The position numbers were made by a program, and so were the translations under genes. A DNA stretch of 64,000 nt, taken from the NCBI GenBank assembly GCA_000146465.1, contig CP001950.1; one strand, given 5' to 3'. The notes beneath the pieces are model-generated. The model searched no databases and was not told the origin of the DNA. It saw only the letters and a list, made by a program, of their open reading frames with translations. Of this stretch, positions 20,087 to 29,805 are shown piece after piece (position 1 is the first letter of the stretch; the number at the start of each line of letters is the position of its first letter).

Positions 20087-20473
20087 TTAATAGAAGTATC
20101 CAAGGATTCTTCCTCCAACATTTTCTGTCAGACATTCCTTGTGGTCGAGGATACCTTTGGATGTATTGAACAGGACATGTCCGAACTGTCTAGCAGGAAG
20201 AAGCCTCTCTCTGAAGTTCTCAATCCCATCTCGCTTAACGATGTAGTTAGGAGAAATAGCTCCGCATCTGTTAAGCCTGCCGTTCAGGTCGATAATGCTC
20301 TTTCCACTTCTTTTGTCATGTATATAGGAAAACCCTGAGATATAGCCGTACTTCAGCATCTGGAGAAGAAACATACGCATCTCCTCTGTTGAGAACTTCA
20401 GGAGGAGCTGTCTCTTTCCTGCTCTACTGGCATTGTTGATAGCCTTGCACATGTTGGCCAATTCTGCGCTCAT
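20087..20473 (-). CDS. RPS15A: 40S ribosomal protein S15a (uS8; yeast S22)
   Basis: From the internal ATG the protein ([22 protein letters not shown]...GRILGYFY) aligns over its full 129 aa with eukaryotic S15a. AAATTT+CCCC signal upstream. Confidence 0.85.
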   Translation of the reverse strand: MSAELANMCKAINNASRAGKRQLLLKFSTEEMRMFLLQMLKYGYISGFSYIHDKRSGKSIIDLNGRLNRCGAISPNYIVKRDGIENFRERLLPARQFGHVLFNTSKGILDHKECLTENVGGRILGYFY

Positions 20474-20491
20474 TTCAAGGGGCAAATTTTT
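20474..20491 (-). promoter_or_regulatory. AAATTT-like plus CCCC motif immediately upstream of the RPS15a start (microsporidian-type start-proximal signal)
   Basis: aaaaatttgccccttgaa ATG in gene orientation. The same arrangement precedes the eIF4A-like gene (aaaaatttacccct ATG, ~34028-34041) and the LRR gene (aaaaattctcccttcta ATG, ~11920-11936). Coordinates are approximate to +/-2 nt. Confidence 0.4.
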
Positions 20492-20562
20492 CTCTGGATA
20501 ATTTGCTCCTATTGCTAAGGCAACAGTACAAGTGACATGAATAATCCGGGTATCCAACACCC

Positions 20563-21006
20563 ATGATCTTCCTCCTTATTTTCACTGTTGTGCTGGCAAT
20601 CTTCATTAGAATTGTAGCACACCTCATCACAAGAAGGGGACCTAGGGTGATAAAGTTTGTTGGACCTCGTGGAGCAGGAAAGACCAAGACACTTAATGCA
20701 CTGATGGGAATTCATGGTAGGACAGTCCCCACCCTTGAGAGCTACAAGGTAATATATAAAGGTATGGAAATACATGATGTAATTCCAAAGGATGGAAGCT
20801 TTTTTGAAAGATATGGCATTGATGATCCGTCGGCAACCTATTTCTTCTTCTTAAGAAGTATGGACGATTCTTATGGAATTCCGGGGGCAAAAGGATTGAA
20901 TGTAAGACTTGTATATTGTCAGCCATATGATGGCAAAGAGGCCTTGGAGAGAGGTGTCCTTGTGTTGGACAAGGATCTTACCCATATAGAAAAGTATTTC
21001 TCCTAG
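20563..21006 (+). CDS. Signal recognition particle receptor beta subunit-like small GTPase (N-terminal TM anchor)
   Basis: Hydrophobic N-terminus followed by the GTPase P-loop [10 protein letters not shown]. Confidence 0.6.
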   Translation: MIFLLIFTVVLAIFIRIVAHLITRRGPRVIKFVGPRGAGKTKTLNALMGIHGRTVPTLESYKVIYKGMEIHDVIPKDGSFFERYGIDDPSATYFFFLRSMDDSYGIPGAKGLNVRLVYCQPYDGKEALERGVLVLDKDLTHIEKYFS

Positions 21007-21031
21007 AAATCCCAAATAAACTTAGATGGAA

Positions 21032-21961
21032 CTATGGCTTTTTGTTTCCCATATCAAGGATATCGTGGAACATTCCGTAGAACTGGAGTCTTGAGTTAAC
21101 ACCTTCAGATATTCTGAGGTTTGCCAAACCAATCACTTTAAGAAGTTCGTAGTTCTCCATGTTCTTTGCAGCCCGGAAAAACGAGTTTATCAGATCTAGG
21201 GGATCAAACTTCTCATCCCAGATTTCATCAAACATCTTTAAGGCCTCTTCAGCCTCATTCCTTAGAAGTCTCTCGAGGACTCTTTCAATTCTCTTTGGAG
21301 ACGGAAGGCCTATTATTTTGATTATGTAGCCTTGATCTATGGTTTCCGAGGAACTGATGCACGCCTGGAGGATGTTTAGTGACTGTCTCATATCTCCATC
21401 ACTGAGTTCAACAATGAGGTCTAAGGCCTCCTTGCTTATCTTAATGCCCTCATCCTTACTAATTTCCCTTAGTCTTTCCAGAATCATAGAGTTTTCTATT
21501 CTGTCGAATCTCAGTATTGCACATCTACTCTGAATAGGCTCGAATATCTTTGTTAGAGTATTACATATTAAGATGAACCTGCACTCCGAGCTGTGCACCT
21601 CCATTACCCTGCGCATGGCTTGCTGGGCTGCTGTGGTCATTGAATCCGCCTCGTCCAAAATAATAACCTTAAAGCTACAGTCCTTAATCCTTCTTTGAGC
21701 AAAGCTTTTGATGGTGGTCCGGACTGTCTCTATTCCTCTTTCATCAGATGCGTTCAGCTCTAGTAGTCCTTCCTTGCTGGGGAGAAGTTTTCTAGCGAGT
21801 ATCTTTGCACAAGTCGTTTTACCTGTTCCAGGAGGTCCCGCAAACAGTAGGTGTGGCATGTCTTTACTGTCAATGATTAATGAAACAAGCTCCACAGTCA
21901 TCTGGTTTCCAATTACATCTTGAACTTCATTTGGCCTGTATTTGTTAACAAGTAGATCCAT
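21032..21961 (-). CDS. Replication factor C small subunit (RFC2/4-like)
   Basis: VNKYRP, GPPGTGKTT, ILDEADSMT..AQQAMRRVME, SRCAILRF. The ORF-track start is GTG; the ATG at 21961 has CCCC upstream. Confidence 0.85.
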   Translation of the reverse strand: MDLLVNKYRPNEVQDVIGNQMTVELVSLIIDSKDMPHLLFAGPPGTGKTTCAKILARKLLPSKEGLLELNASDERGIETVRTTIKSFAQRRIKDCSFKVIILDEADSMTTAAQQAMRRVMEVHSSECRFILICNTLTKIFEPIQSRCAILRFDRIENSMILERLREISKDEGIKISKEALDLIVELSDGDMRQSLNILQACISSSETIDQGYIIKIIGLPSPKRIERVLERLLRNEAEEALKMFDEIWDEKFDPLDLINSFFRAAKNMENYELLKVIGLANLRISEGVNSRLQFYGMFHDILDMGNKKP

Positions 21962-22145
21962 CGGGGCTTTATAATTGTTCCTGATAACCACCTTGATGGT
22001 AGTAGACGTTCTCTAAAATGGCCGCTAGAATTACATTTAAAACAGAATGGAGTATGTGGCAGTACTCATGGAGCCATTGTTATACTTATGAAACTATTGT
22101 TTCGGGGTCTTTGTTGATAAACTCGTAACAAATGCATTGGATAGA

Positions 22146-24005
22146 ATGCTGGTCTTCTTCTTAGGCCTAACATTTGCGAAAGATGCTTGCGTTTCCGGGT
22201 CTGCAGAATGTGTTGCAAACACCTTGAGAGTGTGCGGAATAAAGAATCAGTGGATATACGTTGACTGTCCCTCCGGGACGGAGTGTGCAGTAAAAGGCAG
22301 TGAGATATCTTGTGTTCCGAATGGTGGAAAGGGAGAATTAGAGTCCCATGACAAGAAGAAGCCTAAGAAGAGGGATGAATCTGAGGCTTCTCAAAGCCTT
22401 GAGGAAAAGCAAGATTCAGGTGATGATCTCGGTGAAAGCCCTGAAGATAATAGACAATCTGAAGACGATAAGCCAGAAGAGCCCAATGAAGAACAAAAGA
22501 AGAAGGTCCATGGGAAGAAGGGGGACGAAGATCAAGAAGGGAAGAAAAAGACAAAAAAAGAAAAAGACAGTGATGAGAAAACCAAGGACAAGCATTTGGG
22601 CTTAGGAGAAGATAAAAAGAAAAACACAAAGGGAAATAAGAAAAAGGAACCTAAGGTTGTAACCAAAACAGTAAGTGTCTTGAAGAAGGAGACCACTACT
22701 ACTGTCACTGTATTGAAGACAGTTGTTCAAAAGCAACAGCCTACAGAGATAAAATTGGAATACACATCAAGTGACATTGAATCGAAAGTTAAGCCTGTTG
22801 GCTCTTCATCACCAGGACAAGGACAAGCTTTGCAGGGCTCAAGTAGAAATGTTTCAAAGGCAGGGCACCCTACTTCTCTCCCTGGTATCGAGAGCATGGG
22901 AGGAGCCAGTTCACCAGGGAAAGCGGGGCAAGGTGCAACACCGGCAGCACCATCTTCGTCAGGCAGTCCCTCCTCAGGAAAGGGTACATCGGTAGGAAGT
23001 AGCTCTTCGTCAGCCCCTTCTTCGCCAACAAGCAACAAGTCTTCTTCCGCACCTTCATCTCAAGGCAGCACACCAGAGTCACAGGGAAAGGCACAAACAG
23101 CTGGTGGAGGCACTGGAGGAGCTACCCCTTCTACAGGTTCGCAGGGAGGAAAGGGAGCAGAAAGTGGTAAATCGTCAGGAGGGTCGGCAGGAAAGACTAC
23201 TGGTGGAACTAGTTCTTCTGCAGGTTCGCAGGAGAAAAAAGAAACTGGAGGAAGTGCTGGGGGGTCTACTCAAGCTTCGGGAGGATCCCAAGGGCAGAAA
23301 GAATCAGAAGGTAGTAAACAACCAGAGGGAGGTGCAGGGGGAACTAGTCCTTCTACAGAGTCCCAGGGAGGAAAGAAAACAGAAAGTGGAAAATCATCTT
23401 CTTCAGAAGGAAAAGGAGGTTCACTTCTCTCGGCCGATAAGCTGACTAAGGTAATGACGAATTTGGGATACTCTCCCAATTCAGAATATATCGATGCAGT
23501 CGTCCTTGGAGTGAACGAGAGATTTTCGGACCTTAATCAGGCTGTAATGTTCGTGGCTCAATGTGCTCATGAGTCTGGAGGATATCAATATATTGAGGAA
23601 ATAGCGTGTGCTGGAGGAACGGGATGTGCAGGGCAGTATGGAACAGGAGCCCCCGGGAAGTCCTATCACGGAAGAGGATTCATACAACTCTCATGGCCTG
23701 AAAACTACAAGGCTGCAGGAGAAGCCCTGGGTCGGGGAGATGAGCTCTATAATAACCCCGAGAAAGTTGTAGAGAACCCAAGTCTTGCAGTAGATGTGTC
23801 GATATTCTACTGGGAGTCGAGGGTTGCAGATGCTCCTGGAGTGAAGGAAAACCATTTTGGAGCCACTACAAAGGCAATTAATGGAGCGCTGGAGTGCACG
23901 GGGTCTAATATTGATAAGAGCAAGAAAAGGTATGAGATATACACTGCTCTTGTTGAAGAATTTGGCGTTAGCAATCCTGCCGATGAAAGCGGATGTTACA
24001 GTTAG
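22146..24005 (+). CDS. Secreted multi-domain chitinase: signal peptide, 6-Cys module, K/E/D-rich segment, Ser/Gly/Thr-rich mucin-like linker, then a C-terminal GH19 catalytic domain
   Basis: N-terminal MLVFFLGLTFA. GH19 signatures AQCAHESGGYQYIEE, GRGFIQLSWPENY, NGALEC. About 250 aa of S/G/T/K low complexity with imperfect repeats. Confidence 0.8.
   Translation: MLVFFLGLTFAKDACVSGSAECVANTLRVCGIKNQWIYVDCPSGTECAVKGSEISCVPNGGKGELESHDKKKPKKRDESEASQSLEEKQDSGDDLGESPEDNRQSEDDKPEEPNEEQKKKVHGKKGDEDQEGKKKTKKEKDSDEKTKDKHLGLGEDKKKNTKGNKKKEPKVVTKTVSVLKKETTTTVTVLKTVVQKQQPTEIKLEYTSSDIESKVKPVGSSSPGQGQALQGSSRNVSKAGHPTSLPGIESMGGASSPGKAGQGATPAAPSSSGSPSSGKGTSVGSSSSSAPSSPTSNKSSSAPSSQGSTPESQGKAQTAGGGTGGATPSTGSQGGKGAESGKSSGGSAGKTTGGTSSSAGSQEKKETGGSAGGSTQASGGSQGQKESEGSKQPEGGAGGTSPSTESQGGKKTESGKSSSSEGKGGSLLSADKLTKVMTNLGYSPNSEYIDAVVLGVNERFSDLNQAVMFVAQCAHESGGYQYIEEIACAGGTGCAGQYGTGAPGKSYHGRGFIQLSWPENYKAAGEALGRGDELYNNPEKVVENPSLAVDVSIFYWESRVADAPGVKENHFGATTKAINGALECTGSNIDKSKKRYEIYTALVEEFGVSNPADESGCYS
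22850..23420 (+). repeat. Low-complexity Ser/Gly/Thr-rich coding repeats (mucin-like linker of the chitinase)
   Basis: Imperfect repeated units, e.g. GG(T/A)GGATPSTGSQGGKGAESGKSS and GGAGGTSPSTESQGGKKTESGKSS. Confidence 0.6.
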
Positions 24006-24055
24006 TAGGAAAGTATATCAAATTCAAAGTCTTGTTATCTATATCAAATCTCGAT

Positions 24056-24922
24056 TTAAAGAATTAAACAATTTCTTTTACATTTTCGGGATGGTATAGG
24101 AGCTTTGCCGATTACGTCATAGGTATGGCTCTCAGGATCTATGTCCAGAAGCTCCAAGCCATGGATTGTATCGTTTACAGAGAGACCTGACTCTGCAGAT
24201 ATATTACTTATAGACACCTCCTGTCCATTTTTGTTCTGTAATGTTTCCAGCACCTTGTTTCTCCAGTACCTTTTGTATAGAGCACGTCCTCTTCCACTCA
24301 GAGGTTTCTCTGGGGTTCCTGCTTCCAAGATATAGCTTAGATCCACCATCAATGAGCCGTATCCCTTGGCCCTGTACGGAGGAAGAATTAGAAGACAGGA
24401 TAGATTATGCTCTATGCTTTCCTTTTCCTTACTAAAAAACCCTGTCGCTTTTCCTTCGGAAAATAGGACATAGAAAAGATATCCATCCACATCGAGATAT
24501 AAGGTCTTCCTTTTTATAAAGGCTTTTCCAATGATGCAGATTCTTTGGCATAAGACTCTCTCTTTCTCCCCATCAATCTCAATCACAGATATGTCCTCTT
24601 CCCTGTCGCTATATATACACTTTCCCGGAATTTCTAAGGAACAGCTTCTTCTGTGGCTAGCAAAGGACATCGAATCCCAACATTGAAGCAGACACCTATC
24701 ACATATATATATTGTGTTTTTATCCGAAAACAGCCAGACTCGGTTGGGAAAGTCTAAAAGGTTATCTCCAAATACAGCTTGTGTTACCTCGACGCTTCTT
24801 CCCTGAAATTTCATAGGCGGGATAGGCTCTGTGGACTGGTTTTTTCTTTTTATGGTATCGAAGTATTCTCTGAACTCGGGGTCTTTCTTCAGCATGTCGA
24901 TCTCCCCATCGTTAAGGTCCAT
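24056..24922 (-). CDS. MYST-family histone acetyltransferase (Esa1/Sas-like)
   Basis: C2HC zinc finger IYICDRCLLQCWDSMSFASHRRSC. Acetyl-CoA-binding core LYLDVDGYLFYVLFSE...GFFSKEKES...NLSCLLILPPYRAKGYGSLMVDLSY...PEKPLS. Confidence 0.8.
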   Translation of the reverse strand: MDLNDGEIDMLKKDPEFREYFDTIKRKNQSTEPIPPMKFQGRSVEVTQAVFGDNLLDFPNRVWLFSDKNTIYICDRCLLQCWDSMSFASHRRSCSLEIPGKCIYSDREEDISVIEIDGEKERVLCQRICIIGKAFIKRKTLYLDVDGYLFYVLFSEGKATGFFSKEKESIEHNLSCLLILPPYRAKGYGSLMVDLSYILEAGTPEKPLSGRGRALYKRYWRNKVLETLQNKNGQEVSISNISAESGLSVNDTIHGLELLDIDPESHTYDVIGKAPIPSRKCKRNCLIL

Positions 24923-24969
24923 GGGCTCACCGGAACACAGATATAAACAAAGGGAATCCAAGTCCTTTT

Positions 24970-25380
24970 ATGGAAGAGCATATTACAAGAAGGGCAGAGG
25001 CTTTGAAGATTGCTAAAAGCATTATAATGAAGTCGGACAACCCTCCCGAAGAGTTGGTGAGGAAGATTCTGATCCACCAGGAGCTTCTTTCAAATAGAGA
25101 CATTATCTTGAACGATGACTTCTATTCGATACTGACTAGTAAAGCCAATGTCCGGCCAGAGATGGTTGGTCTTGCAAGAAAGAAGGAACAGGTAGAGTGT
25201 GTTAGAGTGGAGAAGAAAATGATATGTCCTATCAGCCAAAAAGAAGTAACCGAGGCATATGTTGGAGAATGTGGGCATGTGCTGGAGGAAAAGGAAGCCA
25301 TAAAGTATATCCGAAATAACTCTCGGGCTATCTGCCCACAGATTGGATGCAACAAGAGACTCGTCCGGAAGAAAAGATAA
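24970..25380 (+). CDS. SP-RING zinc-finger protein, Nse2/Mms21-like SUMO ligase candidate
   Basis: ICPIS...CGHV...ICPQIGC spacing fits an SP-RING. Confidence 0.45.
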   Translation: MEEHITRRAEALKIAKSIIMKSDNPPEELVRKILIHQELLSNRDIILNDDFYSILTSKANVRPEMVGLARKKEQVECVRVEKKMICPISQKEVTEAYVGECGHVLEEKEAIKYIRNNSRAICPQIGCNKRLVRKKR

Positions 25381-25450
25381 AGGCTTTACTGGTACTTGGT
25401 TGTTCCGAGAACGAATTTTGATTAAAGTTCTTTGACCGTTCCCCAGGAGG

Positions 25451-25942
25451 ATGAGGGAAAAGATGTATAGAGAGAGAAGACAGCCAAAGAACCGCAGGAT
25501 GTATGGAAGGTTGGAGAAGAAAAAAGACTTGGTTAAGAGACTTTCGAAGATTGGGAAGCAGAAGGAAGAGATTAGAAGAGCCAAAGAGGAAATCAAAAAC
25601 AAGAGTGGCCAGGAGTATTTCTTTGGATATTATTCAGTGGAAAGGAATGGGGCGAATATCTACAAGATCGACAGGCCCACTCTTGAGGAGCTTAGAAAGA
25701 TGAAGGCCTATGTCGATAATGAAATCCAAAGATCCAGGATGAAGTTGGAAAGATATATTCCCCGACCGTGTGGAACACATATAAAATTTGAAGAGGATAG
25801 CTCTTCGAAGAATGATACAGACATTGGCTTTGAGCACAACGAAGAGACTAGAAAAGAATTTGAGAAGTATTTAGAAGATCTAATTGGGAAGAGAAGGGAA
25901 ATTCAGGAGAGGATAGACGAGCTGAAGAACCAAAAGATATAG
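25451..25942 (+). CDS. Basic coiled-coil protein, probably nucleolar; unknown
   Basis: K/R/E-rich; CCCC motif upstream of the ATG. Confidence 0.3.
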   Translation: MREKMYRERRQPKNRRMYGRLEKKKDLVKRLSKIGKQKEEIRRAKEEIKNKSGQEYFFGYYSVERNGANIYKIDRPTLEELRKMKAYVDNEIQRSRMKLERYIPRPCGTHIKFEEDSSSKNDTDIGFEHNEETRKEFEKYLEDLIGKRREIQERIDELKNQKI

Positions 25943-25995
25943 TGTGTGAACAAAGATTTATTTCTTGAACGGGTATTAAAAATTACTTTTTCCTT

Positions 25996-26511
25996 CTATT
26001 CAATAACGTCCATGGCAGATTCCAGGACTTCTTTACAGATCGGATGTCCATTAGAGCGGCAGAAGTCAAGGATTGTCGGATTGATGGATGCAGGATAATT
26101 CCTATGCATCACGTATAGCAGCTTGAGGTGTTTCAGGGTAACCATGCGGTTTAGTTCGCCACAAAAATATCTTTGAACAGGATCTATAGATATCTTTTTT
26201 TTCTTCTCAAGTATGTACCTTAGAAGCACCGGTGTATTTTCGTCTCTCTTCTTTACCAAGATGTCTATCATGTCATCCACATGGTTCAACGAGACCTTTT
26301 TGAGTGCACTTCCAAGAACTTCTGCCTCCTTTCTGGACAAATCTAGCCTCAGAATGTTATATATCTTACTTGTCTTGGCAAGGCGGCACAAGTCATTCCA
26401 CTTTCCCGGTGGTAGCTTTGGCTTTGCAGCAAGGATGTCTCGGTATATCTGAAAGTCGGAAGGTCTGTCCATCTCCTTGAGTGTATGAATTATCCTATCT
26501 GAAAGAGACAT
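25996..26511 (-). CDS. Hypothetical protein, 171 aa
   Basis: ATG start with a CCCC motif; no family recognised. Confidence 0.3.
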   Translation of the reverse strand: MSLSDRIIHTLKEMDRPSDFQIYRDILAAKPKLPPGKWNDLCRLAKTSKIYNILRLDLSRKEAEVLGSALKKVSLNHVDDMIDILVKKRDENTPVLLRYILEKKKKISIDPVQRYFCGELNRMVTLKHLKLLYVMHRNYPASINPTILDFCRSNGHPICKEVLESAMDVIE

Positions 26512-26557
26512 TTGGGGTGGATGTTTTAGAAGCCGAAAAAATTTATCCCTATTAAGG

Positions 26558-26755
26558 ATGGAAGATCAGCAAGAATTTTTCGGAAAGGTTACACAGGTGC
26601 TTGGGAGAACTGGAGGATCTGGGCTACTGACCCAGGTGAAGATGGAGCTTATCCATAACAAGAGAATGATCCAGAGGGCGATCAAGGGGCCGATAAGCGA
26701 GGGGGACTTTGTCGAGATATTAGAGTGTGAGCGTGAGCATCGAAGAACAAGGTAG
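26558..26755 (+). CDS. 65-aa S1/OB-fold miniprotein resembling the core of eIF1A
   Basis: QEFFGKVTQVLGRTGG...KMELIHNKRMIQRAIKGPISEGDFVEI parallels eIF1A GQEYAQV..MLGNGRL...KRLCHIRGKLRKKVWIN.GDIILV. Confidence 0.4.
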   Translation: MEDQQEFFGKVTQVLGRTGGSGLLTQVKMELIHNKRMIQRAIKGPISEGDFVEILECEREHRRTR

Positions 26756-26862
26756 ATAAAGTATCCAATAAAGATGATTTAATGTTCTTTGGCCGTTTTA
26801 ACTGTTTTTAGTTGTTTTTTTGTTGATAAGAATGAAAGGAGCCTGGGAAGCTAGACCCCGGA

Positions 26863-27855
26863 ATGTGCCGCCAGAATGAGATTTACGGGAAGCAAAGCGA
26901 AGAGGAAGGGCACTTGAACTATGGGGAGATTGAGAGGAAGCGCAGAGAAAGGGTCGACGAGTTGGCTTATAGGCTATTAGTAGAGAGAGAGAAAGCGAAC
27001 AGAAGTATTGAAGAGGAGCTTCAAAGGCTTTTTGAGCTTGAAAAAGATCCTGTAGACACAGAAACTCATTCCTCGGAAGAGCCTGCAAAGGAGATAGAGA
27101 CATATAGTCCTGTTATTCTGGAAGAACATGGACTTAGTGAAGAGTTATCCAAGAACAATTCTGGAATGCAACCCTTATGCTCGACAAACGTGCCTTTTAC
27201 TGACGAGCTTGTCTCTAGATTCATTCTTAACAAAGCCTATGTGTCTATAGAAGAAAAGATCTGGAGGGAAAGGCAGACTATGCCAAAGAACATACAAATG
27301 CAAACTAAGATTCAAGTCAATAAAAGACTTACCCAGGTTAGCGGAAAGGCTGGACAGGTTGACAGAATATTCAATGTTCTTAGGGAATATTCTCATTCAT
27401 ACGTATTTGTAGAGACATTCACGGTAAAGATTATAGAGCAGGGAAGATTACAAGTGAGTTCCTGTCCTGAGTCGTATAAAGAATTTGCAGAGCTCTTCTG
27501 CAGGTTTTACTCCTCTGAATTGATGGAGTACTTTCGAGTTATTTTGTTTACTAGAGAGGCTTCTTCCAGTACTATCAAGGGAGTTTACAGTATCTATTTT
27601 GGAGTACTAGAAATTCAAGGGAATTCTGACGAGGCATGGTTTTTCATTGCATCGATGCTGAACTCGAGGCAGAGCGAACTGTCCTGCTATGTTGTAGAAT
27701 GTTTTTTTTCTATACTTGGAAACTTGTTATTCAGAACATGCCGAGGACCTTTCTTCAAACTTATAGAATATGTCAAGAGGTACTACTTCAGGGAGATGAA
27801 CAACGAGCCATGTAAAATAAGGATATCTTCGATGTTTGAGAGATATGGGGCATGA
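26863..27855 (+). CDS. Hypothetical protein, 330 aa (acidic N-terminus; helical C-terminal half)
   Basis: ATG start with CCCC upstream; no confident family. Confidence 0.35.
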   Translation: MCRQNEIYGKQSEEEGHLNYGEIERKRRERVDELAYRLLVEREKANRSIEEELQRLFELEKDPVDTETHSSEEPAKEIETYSPVILEEHGLSEELSKNNSGMQPLCSTNVPFTDELVSRFILNKAYVSIEEKIWRERQTMPKNIQMQTKIQVNKRLTQVSGKAGQVDRIFNVLREYSHSYVFVETFTVKIIEQGRLQVSSCPESYKEFAELFCRFYSSELMEYFRVILFTREASSSTIKGVYSIYFGVLEIQGNSDEAWFFIASMLNSRQSELSCYVVECFFSILGNLLFRTCRGPFFKLIEYVKRYYFREMNNEPCKIRISSMFERYGA

Positions 27856-27916
27856 TGTAGACAAGGACATGTGTCACATGTGTAAGTTTTTGGTAAGTTC
27901 CAATTTTGATGCCCCG

Positions 27917-28903
27917 ATGAAACTTATAACCGACGGAGTCTGGTCTCTTTCAAGAACACATTTAAGAATACTTCGGACTGCAGAGCAATGCATGAAGTCA
28001 CACGTGGTTATTCCCTTTGATGTGCTGAAGACCAGATCACAAATAAAAGGCAACTTCATGGAGCATGTGATAGATCTGTGCAAACTCAAGTTCCTTTCTT
28101 ATGTGGAGAATGGATACAAACTGACGTACTCTGGACATGATTGCCTTGCAATTAACACACTGAGGTCACGCGGGCTTGAAGCAATGGGAGAAAAGATAGG
28201 GATTGGAAAGGAGTCTGACATTTATCTCGGGGTGTACAAGGGAAAGGATTCAATATTGAAGCTCCACAGGCTTGGGCGGAGCAGTTTTCGAAATGTGAGG
28301 AGAAATCGGGAATACGCAGGGGAGAAGACAGATTGGCTTGCATTGTCAAGAACTTCTTGTAGAAGAGAAGTTGAGTACTTGGAAAAGTTCAAGGACATGA
28401 ATGTTCCTGCAGTACTTGACCATGACAGACATGCTATTGTGCAGGAGTTGCTGGATTATCTCCCCTTATACAAGACAAGAGTGGAGAATGTGAAGACGAT
28501 TTTTTATCTTATGATAGACTTCATTAAGGACCTATGGAAAAGAGGATATGTGCACGGAGACTTCAATGAATTCAATGTTCTGGTGAAAGACGACATAAAG
28601 GTCATAGACTTTCCTCAGTGCATCCAGAGCAACGATGAGAGAGCAGTAAGCTACCTGAGAAGAGACTTTGAATGCGTCCTAACATATTTCAAAAAGAAAT
28701 ACAGATACGAGCCGGAGAATGGATGTTCTAAGTTTATGAGGGAATTGGGGATAGAAGACTTCCTAGATGAGCCTGAGACTTATGGGACTGATTCTGAGGA
28801 TTCATCCCTCTATTCGACTGATGAAGTGGGTTCCCAAAAGGAGATGGAGCTTCTAGAGACAAAAATGGAGAAGACTTTCATTTCTGATACCCAGAGTGCA
28901 TAA
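27917..28903 (+). CDS. RIO2: RIO2 atypical serine kinase (40S maturation)
   Basis: N-terminal winged-helix FRILRTAEQCMKSHVVIP, then GYKLTYSGHDCLAINTL and IGIGKESDIYLG, HGDFNEFN catalytic motif. The start was chosen at the ATG with CCCC upstream. Confidence 0.8.
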   Translation: MKLITDGVWSLSRTHLRILRTAEQCMKSHVVIPFDVLKTRSQIKGNFMEHVIDLCKLKFLSYVENGYKLTYSGHDCLAINTLRSRGLEAMGEKIGIGKESDIYLGVYKGKDSILKLHRLGRSSFRNVRRNREYAGEKTDWLALSRTSCRREVEYLEKFKDMNVPAVLDHDRHAIVQELLDYLPLYKTRVENVKTIFYLMIDFIKDLWKRGYVHGDFNEFNVLVKDDIKVIDFPQCIQSNDERAVSYLRRDFECVLTYFKKKYRYEPENGCSKFMRELGIEDFLDEPETYGTDSEDSSLYSTDEVGSQKEMELLETKMEKTFISDTQSA

Positions 28904-29080
28904 AGATTATTTATTTCCAAAGGTGTTCCTTAATCTACCTAGTAAAGACGTTGCCCGAGAAATGTCATTTTTATATTCCTAGAGTTAGAGGGAATTCACT
29001 TACCTGTAAAATGTCGTTGTATCTATCAAGAACTTCTTCCAGAGACTTCTCGAAACTATCCATTGGTAGGGTGTCTTTGG

Positions 29081-29764
29081 ATGATTTCAGGAAATAAAAA
29101 ATTTACCCTGGAAATGAGCGATGACCAAGTTCTGAAAAGGTTTATGAAGAATGGACTTATGAATGCAGAGCTGAAGGAGTTTTTTGAGAAGGCACTTGTG
29201 AATGAAGGCTTTAATACTATGGAGCTTCGGATGCAGGAGACTCCGATTAAGATTATTTTAAAGGTTGCAAAGCCACACGAGGCAATAGGAGAAAAGAAAT
29301 ACAGGCTAAAGCAATTCCAGCACTTAGTTGCCCAGAGGCTTGAGGTTCCCGATGAAAATGTCGAGATAATTGTTGAAAAGGTCCACGAAAAGGGACTCTG
29401 TGCACTTATCCAGGCCAATTTTATCAGGGAGAAGATGCTGGGAGGAGTACAGTACAGGAGGTCGGTTAACATGGCCCTGAAGGCTGTAAGACATTCGGGA
29501 GCACAAGGATGCCAGATAATAGTTAGTGGAAAGCTGAAAGGGCAGCGTGCCAAATCCGTAAAGTTCCAGGATGGAGTGTTAATTCACAGTGGAAACCCAG
29601 TCAAAGACTATATTGATACGGGATATGCCACGGTTGAAACCAAGCAGGGAGTGATTGGAATTCAAGTTAGAATAATGCTGCCATACGATCCGGAAGGAGT
29701 GCTTGGGCCAAGCTACCCTCTTCCTGATAGGATTACCATTCTTGAGCCTAACGAAATTCAATAA
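29081..29764 (+). CDS. RPS3: 40S ribosomal protein S3 (uS3)
   Basis: Near full-length collinearity with eukaryotic S3 (GLCALIQANFIREKMLGG, SGKLKGQRAKSVKFQDGVLIHSGNPV, GVIGIQVRIMLPYDP). The start was moved from TTG to the ATG at 29081. Confidence 0.9.
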   Translation: MISGNKKFTLEMSDDQVLKRFMKNGLMNAELKEFFEKALVNEGFNTMELRMQETPIKIILKVAKPHEAIGEKKYRLKQFQHLVAQRLEVPDENVEIIVEKVHEKGLCALIQANFIREKMLGGVQYRRSVNMALKAVRHSGAQGCQIIVSGKLKGQRAKSVKFQDGVLIHSGNPVKDYIDTGYATVETKQGVIGIQVRIMLPYDPEGVLGPSYPLPDRITILEPNEIQ

Positions 29765-29805
29765 TTAATTAAAGCTAAGTCAAAGTATTTATTTCGATGT
29801 AGTCT

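Noticed and set aside
22348-22605. K/R-rich 85-aa ORF and the antisense ORFs overlapping the chitinase gene
   Set aside because: These are alternate-frame or antisense translations of low-complexity coding DNA. The sense frame carries the signal peptide and GH19 domain.
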